From contig NC_042997.1 of NCBI RefSeq assembly GCF_006345805.1, positions 82,708,001-82,772,000 on the forward strand: a stretch of 64,000 bases of DNA, given 5' to 3'. Each line of letters begins with the position of its first letter. Position 1 is the stretch's first letter. The notes under the pieces are model-generated. The model did not search any database. It worked only from the letters and a program-made list of their open reading frames with translations, and had not been told where the DNA came from. The DNA is from Octopus sinensis (Eukaryota). The translations under genes and the position numbers were made by a program. Below are positions 25,647 through 38,516 of this stretch, piece after piece.

Positions 25647-26579
25647 ATCTTTTACATTTTTGAATATATTTGTTCAAAGAATTAGGATGAGGTTTAAAAG
25701 AAAATACTTAAGACTGGAAAAGTCACTCCAGAGCCAAAATGTGCCACCAAATTAGGACAAGTAACGAAGTTCAAGATCTAAATACTCTCTGCAAATTATA
25801 TGACTTTGAAGAAGAGAATGACAAACTTTTGACAGACTTGAGTTTATTTCAGCCATCTTAATCACTGCCAAAACAATTATTTGCAATTTGCCCTCAACTG
25901 TATCCAGGTATATGATGCTCATCTTGTCTTCTCAATTACGTATGAGAGGTTTAAAATTTATACAACAATTCCAATGACAAATGTACCTCTTTTCCAAACT
26001 CCAGTTAAATATAAACAGTGAATGTTGTGTAGAGAATATAGACCCATTGATCTGTTGATAACAAAGAATGGCTAAATATTTTTAAACAGATAACTAACAG
26101 AAGAATGCTATTGTAATTTATAGAAGTATGTTGGCTTTTTATTATTCCTTAGGCATTTCATTGTAACTGATGAAGAGTATAATTCATGCTTTTATATACC
26201 CTATAAAGTGGCTGGTGATAGGAAGGACATCTAACAATAGAAACCATATTAAATTTAATTATATTGTAGTGGATTGTGTCTCTTGACTTTTCTAGGAAAA
26301 CAATAAGAGCTAACTGTAATGACCCATCTAACCCACACCAACATGGGAAGTAAATGTAAAACAACAATAATACTGTTGCTGATGTATCCATTTTTATCTG
26401 CATTTAGATAATTAAGGAATGTATACAGATCTTAAAATACCCTGCAGTGTACCAAATCATTTAATCATAACATTTCAATAATTTCCATTAAATTATTCCA
26501 AAAACATTGATTCCATTAAATAACCCATATTCAATGGGGTTAATTTTTTAAAATCATGTACGAAATGTTTTACTTATTG

Positions 26580-27005
26580 TGCAGGTGTGGCTGTGTGATA
26601 AGAAGTTTGCTTCCCAACCACATGGTTCTGGGTTCAGTCCCACTGCATGACACCTTGGGCAAGTGTCTTCTACTATAGCTTCAGGCTGATCAAAGCCTTG
26701 TGAGTGGATTTGGTTGATGGAAACTGAAAGAAGCCTGTCATATATATATATCTACATATAAATATATATGTATGTATATATTTATGTGTGTGCCTTTGTG
26801 TCTGTCCCCACCACATTTGCTTGACAACTGATATTGGTGTGTTTACATCCCCATAACTTAGCGATTTGGCAAAAGAGACCGATAGAATAAGTACTAGGCT
26901 TACAAAAAAATAAGTCCAGGGTTGATTTCTTCAACTAAAACACTTTAACGTGGTGCTGTAGGAAGGTCACAGTCAAATGACTGAAACAAGTTAAAGATAA
27001 AAGAA
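26580..27005 (+). mobile_element. tRNA-derived SINE (family A, internal TA/TG microsatellite)
   Basis: gtggctgtgtg..gggttcagtcccactg..ccttgggcaagtgtc..gactgaaacaag; many copies in this window. Confidence 0.8.
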
Positions 27006-27043
27006 AAGATGTAAGACATATGTATATACTGTCTTCCAATATG

Positions 27044-28980
27044 CAGGGTGTCTCAGAATTAACTATTTCATTGAAATCAGACAATTTTTTTAAAAGCTCA
27101 CATTTATTTACGTTTATCATGTTTCATATGTGTTATACACAGAATTGCAAAAGAAACACAATTTTTTCAAATGTCATTTTTATATGGTAAATTCTGAAAA
27201 TTTATTCCGGGGATGTAAGTGTAAATATTCCAAGACATCCTGGTTTATGGCTGAGACCCAAATTGCAGGTAACCTTTCAACTTTCCCTGAAATGAGACAC
27301 TAAAACACAGCTGTGTTGAATGCTGTGGGTGGCAGTTGCAAACAATTGTCATGAAAACCGAAATGCATGTGCATCTCGTGGAGGTTATGGGTATAAAAAT
27401 CCTGGCATTCGTAATTTGGATGCACCAGGTATGACCAGATTGTCAGCAGTGCAGAGAGAGACAAGCTATCAGCTGATTGCAAGCAGGGCAGTGTGCCATG
27501 GTTGTTGCGAAAGCTTACATTGTCCATGTCAACACCATCTGACATAGGCTCCACATCTAGGCAGGGCCGCTTCACCTATCTGTAACACCGCTGTGATCTT
27601 TTCAGACCAGCCAGCATGACAGTTTGTGAGACCATTCACACGGTACGACGTTGACCAGCTGCCAACAGCCTGCGTTGCTGCTATCCTGCTCAAGGGCCTG
27701 TCTTCACTGCCTGTCACTATCAGGCACAACTACAGTGGGCTACACTTCACCGACATTGGCAGCATCACAAAGAAGGTCAATAGTCTTCTCTGACGAGAGC
27801 TGGTACTGCATTTCCACCTCGGATGGGAGAGTGAGGGCATGGCGAAGGAGGAGTGAACACTACAGATACATGTCATGGAGAGAGATGTATGGGTGACCAA
27901 GGCATCATTGGTTGGGGTACTATAGAGAACTGGGTCCCATGTGTTCCAAAATGTAGGTGCAGGTAGAGGGAATAGCATCACAGTGCAGCACTACATTGAC
28001 CAGATCCTAAGACCTCACATTGTGTCCTTCTTTGCATGTCACCATAGCCACGTGTTCCAGCAGGGCAATGCTCCCTCCCACACGGCCTGGGTCACAATGG
28101 ACTTCCTGCATCAGCATAACATCAGAACCATTCTGTGGCTGGCTCTCAGCCCGGATTTGAACCCAATTGCATACCTGTGGGATGAAATTCAGAGATGGCT
28201 GAACCAGGTGGTCTCAAGGTTGATAACTCATGTGGAACTGGAGGCAGCTTTCTTCAGGGTGTGGGCACAAGTGCCAATGGCTTTTGTAAGCCGCCTCATG
28301 CACTCCATGTTACCTGTGGTGTAAGGCCGTTTTGAACACCCAGGGAGGGCATACATGGTATTGAATGTACGACCTACAATCTCGATGTGCTGGATCCGCC
28401 CATTACCAGAACACATGACAACGACTCATAGACTGTGGTCAAAGTGCATCCAAGAAATTGGCTTTATCAGATTTATCAAAATTTATCTCTGACATAAGGA
28501 AATTAAAACATATTTCACAGTCATACATGTCACGTATTTCTTTTGCAGTTCAGTGTATGTGTATAAATTTAAAAATTTGTTTATAAATTTTTTTATAATT
28601 TTATTTTCATTCCTGTTGGATCCCACTTATCTGTCCATGACAGCTTCTTTTTCAATTTGGCTGCAATCATTTTCTCTACCTCCATCCCTAAGGATGGAGC
28701 AATAGTTTAGCTGAACTTAAAGGATGCATTCAATTAGTAGTGCAGAAGATAACTCCTGAAATGCTTCAAAATGTGTTTCGCAATGCCAAGGATAGATTTG
28801 AAATTTACAGGGATACAGACAAAGCACATGTTGAAAATTTTCAATAAAATTTAGATGTAAGATTTATAAATCTATTTATTTTGATATCATAAATAAGTAA
28901 CAAGCATAAAAATCTGTCAGTTTTTAAAAAAATATTTGCCTGGTTTCATTGAAATTGATAGTTAATTCTGGGACACCCTA
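27044..28980 (+). mobile_element. Internally deleted Tc1/mariner-superfamily element hosting a Tc1
   Basis: TIR cagggtgtcYcagaattaactat; C-terminal remnant ELKGCIQ..ITPEMLQNVF..DRF..HVE at ~28710-28845. Confidence 0.65.
27138..28555 (+). mobile_element. Degenerate Tc1 transposon
   Basis: TA-cacWgaaYtgcaaaagaaa TIRs with TA TSD; IVFSDES, FQQGNAPSH, SPDLNPI.YLW in broken ORFs. Confidence 0.88.
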
Positions 28981-29112
28981 TACATGCGAGTTTTTAAAGA
29001 ACCAGCAATTGACTATTCGATCTTGTCTAAGTCAATAATACACTAAATGAATCACATAGACTTTTTGTAGGTCATGGCCACACTTGCATATTAATGTAAA
29101 AGTTGTATGCAT

Positions 29113-32100
29113 CAGGGGCGTGCACTCTCAGCAATGCAAGGTATGCGCTGCATGCCTTCTTTGTTTGAAAGAAAATACGTCCAGTTGTTTTAGAAATATT
29201 GTCTCCACTTCGTACATCTGCTTTGATAAATGCTTTTAGAAGATCGCATGATACACACTCCCTCTCTGTTGTATTAGTTTGTCCTTCCTTCCCCTCTCTC
29301 TCTCTCTATCTTAGTGACTCGATAAATTTATCGCTTGTCATGCGTTGAGAAGACAGCATGAGTTCCCTTCTCTCTGTCTTTGATAGTTTGTCCCTTCTTC
29401 CTCTTTCTTTGTTTAAAAGATATGCTACGAGAAATGGTCACCCCTTTCTCTCTCAACGATTCGACAAATTCAGTTTGGCGTGTCATGCTGTTCTAAGATC
29501 GCATATCACGCTTCTCTGGCTATTTTGACCGGAACAAGAGCCGTCCCATAATTCTTGTTTTAGCCAGCTGAAATGTTGGAATAGCCTTCGCTTGTAAGTA
29601 AGAAATTTTTTATCCAAAACATCCGTTTGCACTATCATATTTTTAGAAAGTTTTGAAAGCAAAAATATCTATATTATATTTCTTATTTCAGAAATAGCTA
29701 ATTAATCTTAAATTAATTTAACAAAGGGTATTTTTCCGTTTTGTTGAAATTGACTTAAAATTTACACCGGCGCTTCCACGTGGGTCCTTAAATAAGAGCA
29801 GCCTTTTTTAAAATGAGTGAAATGTGTGCTATAAACGATATTTTGAGAACTAGTTTTTCTAAAAGGGACTTCGATGGGAAAAAATTAATTATAAATCGTG
29901 GCAGACCAACACCGAATTTACCTAATTTGCGAAGCTACAACAAGAAATTCACGAGACAATTTCAGGTTAATTCGTATGAAAAGAAGAAATGGTTAACTGG
30001 AAGTGTTGCTCTTAATAAATTATTCTGTTGGCCGTGTTTACTTTTTGGCTTAGAAAAAAATGTTTGGAATGATGATTTAAATAATTTACATATGGCTATG
30101 CTAAAGCACGAGCGTTCACAAAGGCATATAAAATGTTTGATAGACCTTAAAATATTCGGGAATGTTCGCATAGACTTACAATTAGATGCACGTAAAAATC
30201 AAAGCATACAACAGCATAATGAGAAAGTTCGACGAAACAGATCCATTCTGCAATGATTGATCGATGTTGTTATTTTTTTAGACCTCCAGGAATTATCGTT
30301 TCGGGGTCATTTTGAATCTGAAGGCTCTAATAATCGGGGAAATTATAAAGAACTCGTTTATTTGATCAGTAAATATGACAAACATATGGAATGTCATTTA
30401 GATACAGCTTCTATCTTCACTGGTCTGTCGAACAGAATTCAAAATGACTTGATCGAAGCAATTCATAAAGTTATGTTGAATGAGATGCAGAAGGAAATTG
30501 ACCAAGCTAAGTTTGTTTCTATTCTTGTTGATGAGACATCTGATGTCTCAGCATCTTCACAACTGTCAACAGTTTTACGTTATGTTACAGAAGACTGTGT
30601 GACGAAAGAACGATTTATCGGTTTTAGTGATGTTAGTGAAGATCGATCTGCAAATGCTTTATCTGAACATGTTTTTAAATGCATTGAGACGTGGGAATGT
30701 GGAAACAAATTGATTGCGCAGACATATGATGGTGCCGCTACAATGGCAGGACAACTAAATGGGTTACAGGCAAAAGTAAGAAAGAAATATGAATGTGCGA
30801 TCTTTATTCATTGTTGTGCCCATATCCTAAATTTAGTTCTTTCACAATCATGCTCTGCTATGAAAGAATGCAAGATATTTTTTTCTACAATAAACGGACT
30901 CGGTACATTTTTTACGAAATCACCGAAAAGGACTAATGCATTAGATAATATTGTTAAAAAAAGATTTCCGAAAGCAACAGCAACTAGATGGAATTACTCC
31001 TCACGTCTTATTATTACCACAAAGGAAAATTATAATTTCATAATCAGCCTTTTTGAACACATCATTGAAAATCCTGAAGCATGGGATGATACCACCATAA
31101 ATTCAGCAATTGGATTCTTACACACACTTTAAAAGCTCCTGATTTCTTTTTTTGTTAGAGGTATTCAGTGACATTTTTTCTTTTCTGACGTCTTATTTAA
31201 CATACTCCAGAGTAAAAGTCATGACATAGTGTATTGTAAACAGCAAATAGATAAAACTAGAACTGTACTCGAAAACAAACTTGATAATTTTTCAGTCTTT
31301 TATGATAGGTTAGGGGAAAAATATGGAGTCGATGCAGGAATCGGAATTCAGAGATCCAAGAATATATCTATTGATCCCCAACGACATTATAGAACGCTTT
31401 ATAACAAAATTATAAGTACAATAGTTGACCAAATAAAAGCACGATATTCATCCTTAGAAGAGTTTAAATTCATGGAACTTTTGAATTTCAACAAAGTTGA
31501 TGAGTATTGCAAACAATTTCCTGTGGACTCTTTAGATTCTTTAAGAACAACTTATGGCAGATTTTTTGATGTAATACGATTACAAAGTGAGCTCAATGTG
31601 ATGTATTCAATGAAAGATTTTAAAAAACCAAGTGTAAGTCATTTAATGAGTTACATTAACAGCACTGATCTTGTTGAAGCTATGCCAGAACTCTTCAATC
31701 TGTGCAAGTTGATTTTGACAATTCCGTCTACCACTGCTTCTGTAGAGCGATCCTTTTCTGCATTAAGTAGAATTAAAACATACCAAAGAAATGCAACAGG
31801 AGAAAGAAGACTGTCTGGGTTAGCACTAATGTCAATTGAAAAAGATTTATTACAAGAATTGATGAAAAGAGATTTCTATGAAAATGTGATAGATATATTT
31901 GCCCAGAAAGATCGAAGAATTGAATTAATTTATAAATGAGCTAAGTAACATTTTAAAACATTAAAAAAAATAATATATTAAAGAGCATATATTACAGGTT
32001 TTGCTTAGTGTTTGTTATAACGTAAGGTTCGACCTTCTTACATCAGTATTGTTTCGCAGGAGAAATGTTTTGATTTCTTCGTGAAACCTAACCTACATAG

Positions 32101-32902
32101 ATTTCCCTTTCTGTGCTGCTGGGTGTAGTCTATTTATTTACGGCCGTAAATAAGTGTTTTGTTTCACTTTCAATAAGTGTCTTGTTTCAATCTCAGAGAT
32201 GTTGATTTCTGCCACAACAGTTTTGGGAGGCTTTTTACAATGTTGAATTTTCGCTGTCTTTCATTGTGTGCGTATTCATGTATATGCGTGTATTTTCAAT
32301 GTTTGTGCGTGAGACGTAGTCCTTTAATGTACGGAGTTCAGTAAGTCTCAGAACAGTCAATAATTTTTCCCGAATTGACAAGTAGCATGATAAAGAACCT
32401 GACTTGTCTTCGAGAGCGTAACGATCTAAAACCATGGCCATATAATGTAACTAAATGTGTTCTTTTAATTAAATCATTTCATCCAGCTCAACCGATAGGT
32501 ATAGGGGCTAATGCAGAATCGCACCCCTTTGAAAAACGAATTTATGTGAAAATTTTTTTTCGGATTCCTACCTTTAACAGAGATTCTGAATATGCAAAAA
32601 TATTGACAGAATCCAATTTCATCTTTATTACATTTCACTTATGATTTTTAGACTTTTCTAAGGGAGAATGAGGATGGGAAAGTACTGACGTTTCGAAGAG
32701 CAAAGAATAATACAAACAATACACTTATTTCAGGATCATCTCTGCACAGCCATTTTTTATTCCCTGTTTATTCTGCATATTCAGAATCTCTTATATGTAA
32801 ATTGTTGGAATACGAAAATGTCTTACTGAAAAATTGCCGGGGGGGGGGGGGGGCAATGAAATTAATTGCATGCCCAACGCCGGAAGTCACCGCACGCCAC
32901 TG
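29113..32902 (+). mobile_element. Complete hAT DNA transposon
   Basis: TIRs caggggcgtgc / gcacgccactg; perfect 8-bp TSD GTATGCAT (29105-12, 32903-10). Confidence 0.95.
29813..31939 (+). pseudogene. ZMYM1-like hAT transposase with few lesions
   Basis: TTF-type zinc finger LFCWPC, FRGH, DETSD, YDGA, CCAH, TRW, SVERSFS. In-frame TGA at 30254 and a locally frameshifted stretch at ~31130-31190. Confidence 0.92.
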
Positions 32903-32910
32903 GTATGCAT

Positions 32911-33303
32911 GACTGTATGGTAAGAAGTTGTTTCCCAACCACATGGTTTCAAGTTCGGTTCCATTGTGTGGCACCTTGGGCAAGTGTCTTCAACTATAGC
33001 CTCAGGCTAACCAAAGCCTTGTGAGTGGATTTGGTAGACAGTGACTGAAAGAAGCCCATCGTAAATATATATGTGTATATATCTCTGTGTATGAGTCTGT
33101 CTTTGTCTCTCCACCACCATCACTTGACAACCGATGCTGGTGTGTTTAGGTTCCAGTAACTTAGCGGTTTGGCAAAAGAGACGAAAAAATAAGTATTAGG
33201 CTTAAAAAGAATAAGTTCTGGGGTCAATTTCTTTGACCAAAACCCTTTAAGGTGGTGCTCCAGCAAGGCTGCAGTCACATGACTGAAACAAGTAAAGTAA
33301 AAG
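32911..33303 (+). mobile_element. SINE family A
   Basis: Same consensus as 26580-27005; the hAT inserted at its 5' end. Confidence 0.8.
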
Positions 33304-34164
33304 AATATTGACTTAAGATGTTTCATGATAATACTATTTCATTTTGTTAATATTATTTTTCACTAAATTTGAAATTTTTACCTTTCAAATATGGTGATTG
33401 TATTTTTTTTTTCAGTGATTTCAATTAATTTTTTATTTGAACATAGATTTTCAGTTTTGTTTAGTCAACACTCAACAGGCCAAGAATGATATAAACCAAA
33501 AAAAAAAAAAAAAATAGGGGCCATGGCAGAAAAAATGTTGCTCGTCACTCTCATTGCACATTCAGATCCAACATCTTACCAACTTATCATGAATCTGTCC
33601 TTTTCTTCTGAAAAAATACTCACCAGAATGTAAATGTTTATCCCTACTTAGTCTTATAAATCACATATATATGCGACTTCAATTATTACATGCAGTTTGA
33701 TTTATGCTGATGCAGACTACCACATGCCTATCAATTCCAAGAAAAAGGATATAGGTGACTGATTTGATTCTTGTATAATGCTAACATTTGGGTGATTTTT
33801 CTGAGATGTGCAGCTTTTGTGTCACTCAATTCATGAAATAAATACCTCAAATAATTGCATTTCCCCTTAATACATTTGATAATTGACAAGTTTAACATTT
33901 GAGAAAATACAGTTTTCCACCTCAGACATGAAATCTTAATCATTTTAAGGCATTTCTTTCTCACTAAAATTTATTTTGAATTCATCCCTGTTGCTGACAA
34001 CTTTGTGTGAATGTGTATTGAAAAAATATTCAAATAAATCCTTATAGAACTTTAATAATCATGTTTAAGATTCTCAGTAAAAATTTTAATACTCAACATT
34101 TGATTGCCAAAGCAGGTCATGAAAGCTTGACCTAACACTGGTCTTCATATTTATGAAAAAAACC

Positions 34165-35335
34165 CATCATCATCATCGTTTAATGTCCATTTTCCATGCT
34201 GGCATGGGTTGGACAGTTTGACTGAGGTCTGGAAAGCCAGCGGTGGTACCAGGGTCTAATCTGATCTAGCAATGTTTCAACAGCTGGATGCCCTTCTTAA
34301 CACCAACCACTCCATAGTGTAGTGGATGCTTTTTACGTGTCACTGGCACAGGAGTCAGCCGGGTGAGCCTGGCATCGATCATGTTCAGATAGTGCTTTTT
34401 ATGTGCCACCAGCACGGGAGCCAGTCATGGGGCACTGGCATTGGCCACATTTGGATAGTGCTTTTTATGTGCCACTGGCATGGGAGCCAGTCAGGGAGCA
34501 CTGACATCGGCCACGTTTGGATGATGCATTTTATGTGCCACCGGAATAGGGGCTAGTCAGGGGACACTAGCCACAGCTATAATTTTGGTTTTGGTTTTAC
34601 TTGATTCAACAGGTCTTCTCAAGCATATCAAATCACTTGATGCATCAAGGGTACTTTTAAACAGGCTGGATATGCAACACTGGCATTGGCCATGGCTGTG
34701 ATCTCGCCTTAGTTACTGGGTCTTCTCAATCACAGCATATCTCCAAAGGTCTCGGTCTCCTGTCACTGTCTCTGTGAGGCCCAATATTCGAAGGTCATGC
34801 TTCACCACCTCATCCGATGTCTTCTTGGGTTTACCTCTTCCACAGGTTCCTTCCTCAGTTAGGATGTGGCACTTCCTCACACAGCTGTCCTCATCCATAC
34901 GTAACACATGACCATACAAGTGCAGTCATCTCTCTTGCACATCACATCTGATGCTTCTTATGTCCAACTTTTCTCTTAGGGTACTTATACTATGTCATGT
35001 ATGCATACTGACATTACACACCCAGCGGATCATACTAGCTTCATTTCTTTCAAGCCTACGTATGTCCTCAGCAGTCATGGCCTATGTTTCACTGCTGTGT
35101 AGCATGGCAGTTCACACACATGTATCATACAGTCTACCTTTCAGCCTGAGCAAGAGCCCCTTAGTTGCCAGCAGAGGTAGGAGCTCCCTGAACTTTGCCC
35201 ACGTTATTCTTATTCTAGCCACTACATTCTCGGAGCAACCACCCTAACTACAGATTTGGTCACCTAGGTAGCAGAAGCTATCACCTACTTCCAGTTTTTT
35301 ACCCTGGCATGTAATAGAATCTGTTTTCTGTACAT
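34165..35335 (-). mobile_element. Older 5'-truncated RTE LINE
   Basis: YGHVLRMDEDSCV..GRGKPKKT.DEVVKHDL, related 3'UTR subrepeats, (ATG)n tail. Confidence 0.88.
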
Positions 35336-36129
35336 CTTATGCGTTAATATTAGGATTTGATTAACTTTCATAATTTTTCTGATTTTATTGTAAATTTTGT
35401 CTGTTCAACAAACATGAATGTCATATTTTTCTATCATAAAAATATTAATAAAAATTTCATTCTTGTATTTGGTTTGCAAGATTCTTGATGTGAGCTTGTA
35501 TGTTGAAACACATTTCATTATATCTCCAGAGGGTCATTATGTCAACAATAAATACATGCACTAGTTCTATTTTATTTCTTTTATTATTCATTAATTGGTT
35601 AAATATTTAACCAATTAACAAATAATAATGAAGTGAAATTGAACCACTGCATGTGTTTATTGTTGGTTTAATGACCCTCCTGAAATGCAACAAAATATTA
35701 ATAAAAACAAAGACATCTGAAACATCTTCCAATTACAAAAATAATACTTCCAAATCTGGTTTTTTCACTACCATGAAGTGTTTAGTGAAACAGCCCCACC
35801 CCTATTTTTTAAAGTCTAATACTTATTCTATCGATATCTTTTGCTGGACCACTAATTTATGGGGACATAAAAAAACCAACACCAGTTGTTAAGCACTGAA
35901 GAAAGGTGCAAGCAAAAACACACACACACACATATATATGCAGTGGGCTTCAACTCAGTTTCCATCTACCTAATTAATTTACAAAGCATTGGTTGGCTCA
36001 TGGCTAGAGTAGAAGTTACTTACCTGAGATACTGCATAGTGGGACTGAACCTGAAACTGCAAAGCTAGCTTCTTGGCCACACAGCCAAGCCTGCACCTAC
36101 AAATATTTAAAACTTTCAATGAAATAACA

Positions 36130-36900
36130 GTTGACTTCAATACACTTTTTTGTATCACTTGAACAGCTGTTCAAGGCCAAGTAAATAAAATCATTTTTCA
36201 TGTTCAGCCAATCAGTAGTTCTTCATTGCTTTTCAAATTTAGGGACGGGTGAAAACCATAGGGAACAAAGTCTGATGAACTTGGTGGGTAAAGTAGCTCT
36301 TCTTTGACAGTTGACTTGTGCAGACTGGTACATTGTTATGAAGGAGGACACTCAACGTTAGTGCTTTGTTTTGAATCAGTCTCACAGCTACCATAGCAAA
36401 GCAGCATTAGAAATACCTGCAACTGTAGTCTTATGTGGCATGTTGTCAATTCACATACACTCAGAGATGTTGAAGGTTAAGCACATTCTTTGTTGTGCTG
36501 AACTGAACTTTTTCAGTGGTAGAAAATCTTTGTTTCCACTATTTAGATTGATCTTTTATCTTATGGTCAAAGTAGTAGAGTCATGTCTCCTCTCTGGTTT
36601 TCAAATACCACTTAAACAGATCCCAATTCTCATGCATGAGCTTATGTAGTTTCTCAAGACATCACACCTTGTTGTCCTTCATTTCCTGAGTCATTATATA
36701 TCATTTCTTGATATATAATAAGCAGACTACTTTGACACCTTCAAATGTTCAGAAATGATTTGATCAACCATTGCTAAACTCCCAGGTTATGCACTATTTC
36801 ACATGTCACCACTCATTGATCTTGATAAAACACTCAGCAGCAATAATCTTTTCCTCAGAAAATGCTTCCACAAGTTGTTCTGACTGTGGTTCATTTTCAA
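36130..36900 (-). pseudogene. Highly decayed mariner-like transposase remnant
   Basis: Weak minus-strand similarity to YSPDLAP and HYxPExK..Q motifs; many stops. Confidence 0.4.
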
Positions 36901-38471
36901 ATTAGGGTTAGAGTTAGGGTTTTTCAAAGGATATTCTTCTTTGATGACATTCAACAAACCAACATATAGCAGTTGCAATGAAGGATATCTTCATGGTAAA
37001 CATTTAGGTTTCAATATAGTTATGAACAAACAGACAGCCTCTCAACCTTACCTCAGCATAACATCCAGCAGGATGGAGGGCTGCACCAACTCTGAGCTGG
37101 TACTTTATTTACTGACAGTTAATTGACCTGTCGGATTTGAACTGAGAGCACAGAGAAGCGAAATGAACTGCAATACATTCTATCATATGCTTTATAATGA
37201 TTGTCAATTGACTACCTTATAACATATTATAAAAATGGGAATAAATAGAAAATTGTGATCACTGTTAAAAGAGATCATAGTCAGGTTCAACTTATGACAG
37301 TAATAAAATATTTCTGCTCTTATCTACTTGTGAATGTATAGAAACTAAACTATGGGGCACTGCTCTGTCTGCTCTCTGCGAAACCCATGTAGCTCAAAAA
37401 AGACTAGTGAACTTCAACAGAAATGCAATAACTGTGTAGTGAGGTGGGAAAATTGGTATATGACACCTCTGTCTATACAAAGTTTCTGGTCATCTTAAAA
37501 GCTCATATAAGAACTACCCTTAAGTACTGCTTATTTGGAACTGTGTTGCTGATTACCATACACTATCTTGATCACATCCCAAAGAAAACAATTCTGGTGA
37601 TGGGCCAATATTCATCCAACCCCTATCTTACAAAGGTGTTGTCATCCCTACGTGTTCATTACAACAAATAGTAGCTACATCCTCTTCAAACTACATCTTC
37701 ACGTCTTAAAAAGGAAAGATCGGATAATTCCGTCCTAAATATACAATTCTTAAAAATACTAGGGTGGCCATGGCAAAGCTAAATAACAAAAAGAACAACA
37801 GTTGCAATAACAAGAACGGTTTCTACTCCTGAAAACTAACAAGTTAATAGAAACCATTTTCTCTTTGTCATACTTACTATGTACCAATTCCTAGATATCC
37901 TATACTAAATTTACATAACCATTTCTGCAAGGTCTCAAGTGATAGTCAATTTCGCCTGGAATTAAATTGGAAATTAAGAGACATGTGTTTTCTAACTGAA
38001 CGAATCATGTCTTAATACATTTTATCCCCTACCCCGCTCAGATTTGTTTTTGTTGTAAGCGTTATCGCATTAAGATCGATAGTTTTCTCATAAATGTTCA
38101 ATGTGACATAAATACTTTTTAAATGTTTTTTACTATAATTCCATATTTACTGAAAGTTTTAATATAACGTTTTTCTGCATTTCAAATCAGCAGAAACTTA
38201 AGTATATATTAAAGCAATTAAAAATAAATAAATGCCTCTTCAATAACATAAGCGGTCGTTGCGTTGTTACAACTTGTTTACAATATGACAACTTTTTTTT
38301 CAAGGGGGAATGCGTTGTACTTTAGTAATCACTATAAAAGTTGATAAATCAAACGACTTCATTGCTTTTATGTTCAAATAATTTATAAGTATTGAAAGAA
38401 ACAAACATATCTTCTCTAAGTGTGATGCTGATACTTTTGTTCGTGTATTATTTAACACTGATGATGTAAAC

Positions 38472-38516
38472 ATGTCCCAGTTTACGAAAAAAGGAAAGAA
38501 ACATTTCATAAGAGAA
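38472..38516 (+). CDS. CEP162: CEP162-like, probable first coding exon (MSQFTKKGKKHFIRE)
   Basis: ATG, strong GAA|GTAAGA donor, phase 0 matches next exon; FIRE|S resembles recalled vertebrate FMKE-LSDDS. Confidence 0.6.

Larger units (their letters stand above)
16270..26100 (+). pseudogene. Old ZMYM1-type hAT transposase fossil interrupted by RTE and Gypsy insertions
   Basis: SFLELVQLSAKYD..HL, SNIQNDIM, MDTTTDV, FQSYVGNANM (16280-16680); KLFHVKV|..FTFLNIFVQRIRMRF across the Gypsy site; TIPMTNV dimerisation-domain remnant at ~25965. Confidence 0.7.

Noticed and set aside
19785-25650. Apparent absence of a Gypsy TSD suggesting LTR recombination
   Set aside because: Flanks att / atct fit a 4-bp TSD ATCT with one base missing on the left, and the host hAT frame is collinear across the site.
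26580-26660. tRNA genes
   Set aside because: A/B-box-like heads run into SINE bodies; no full cloverleaf.
33731-33964. Minus-strand ORF as a host exon
   Set aside because: No convincing splice context or recognisable motif; possibly a decayed transposase.
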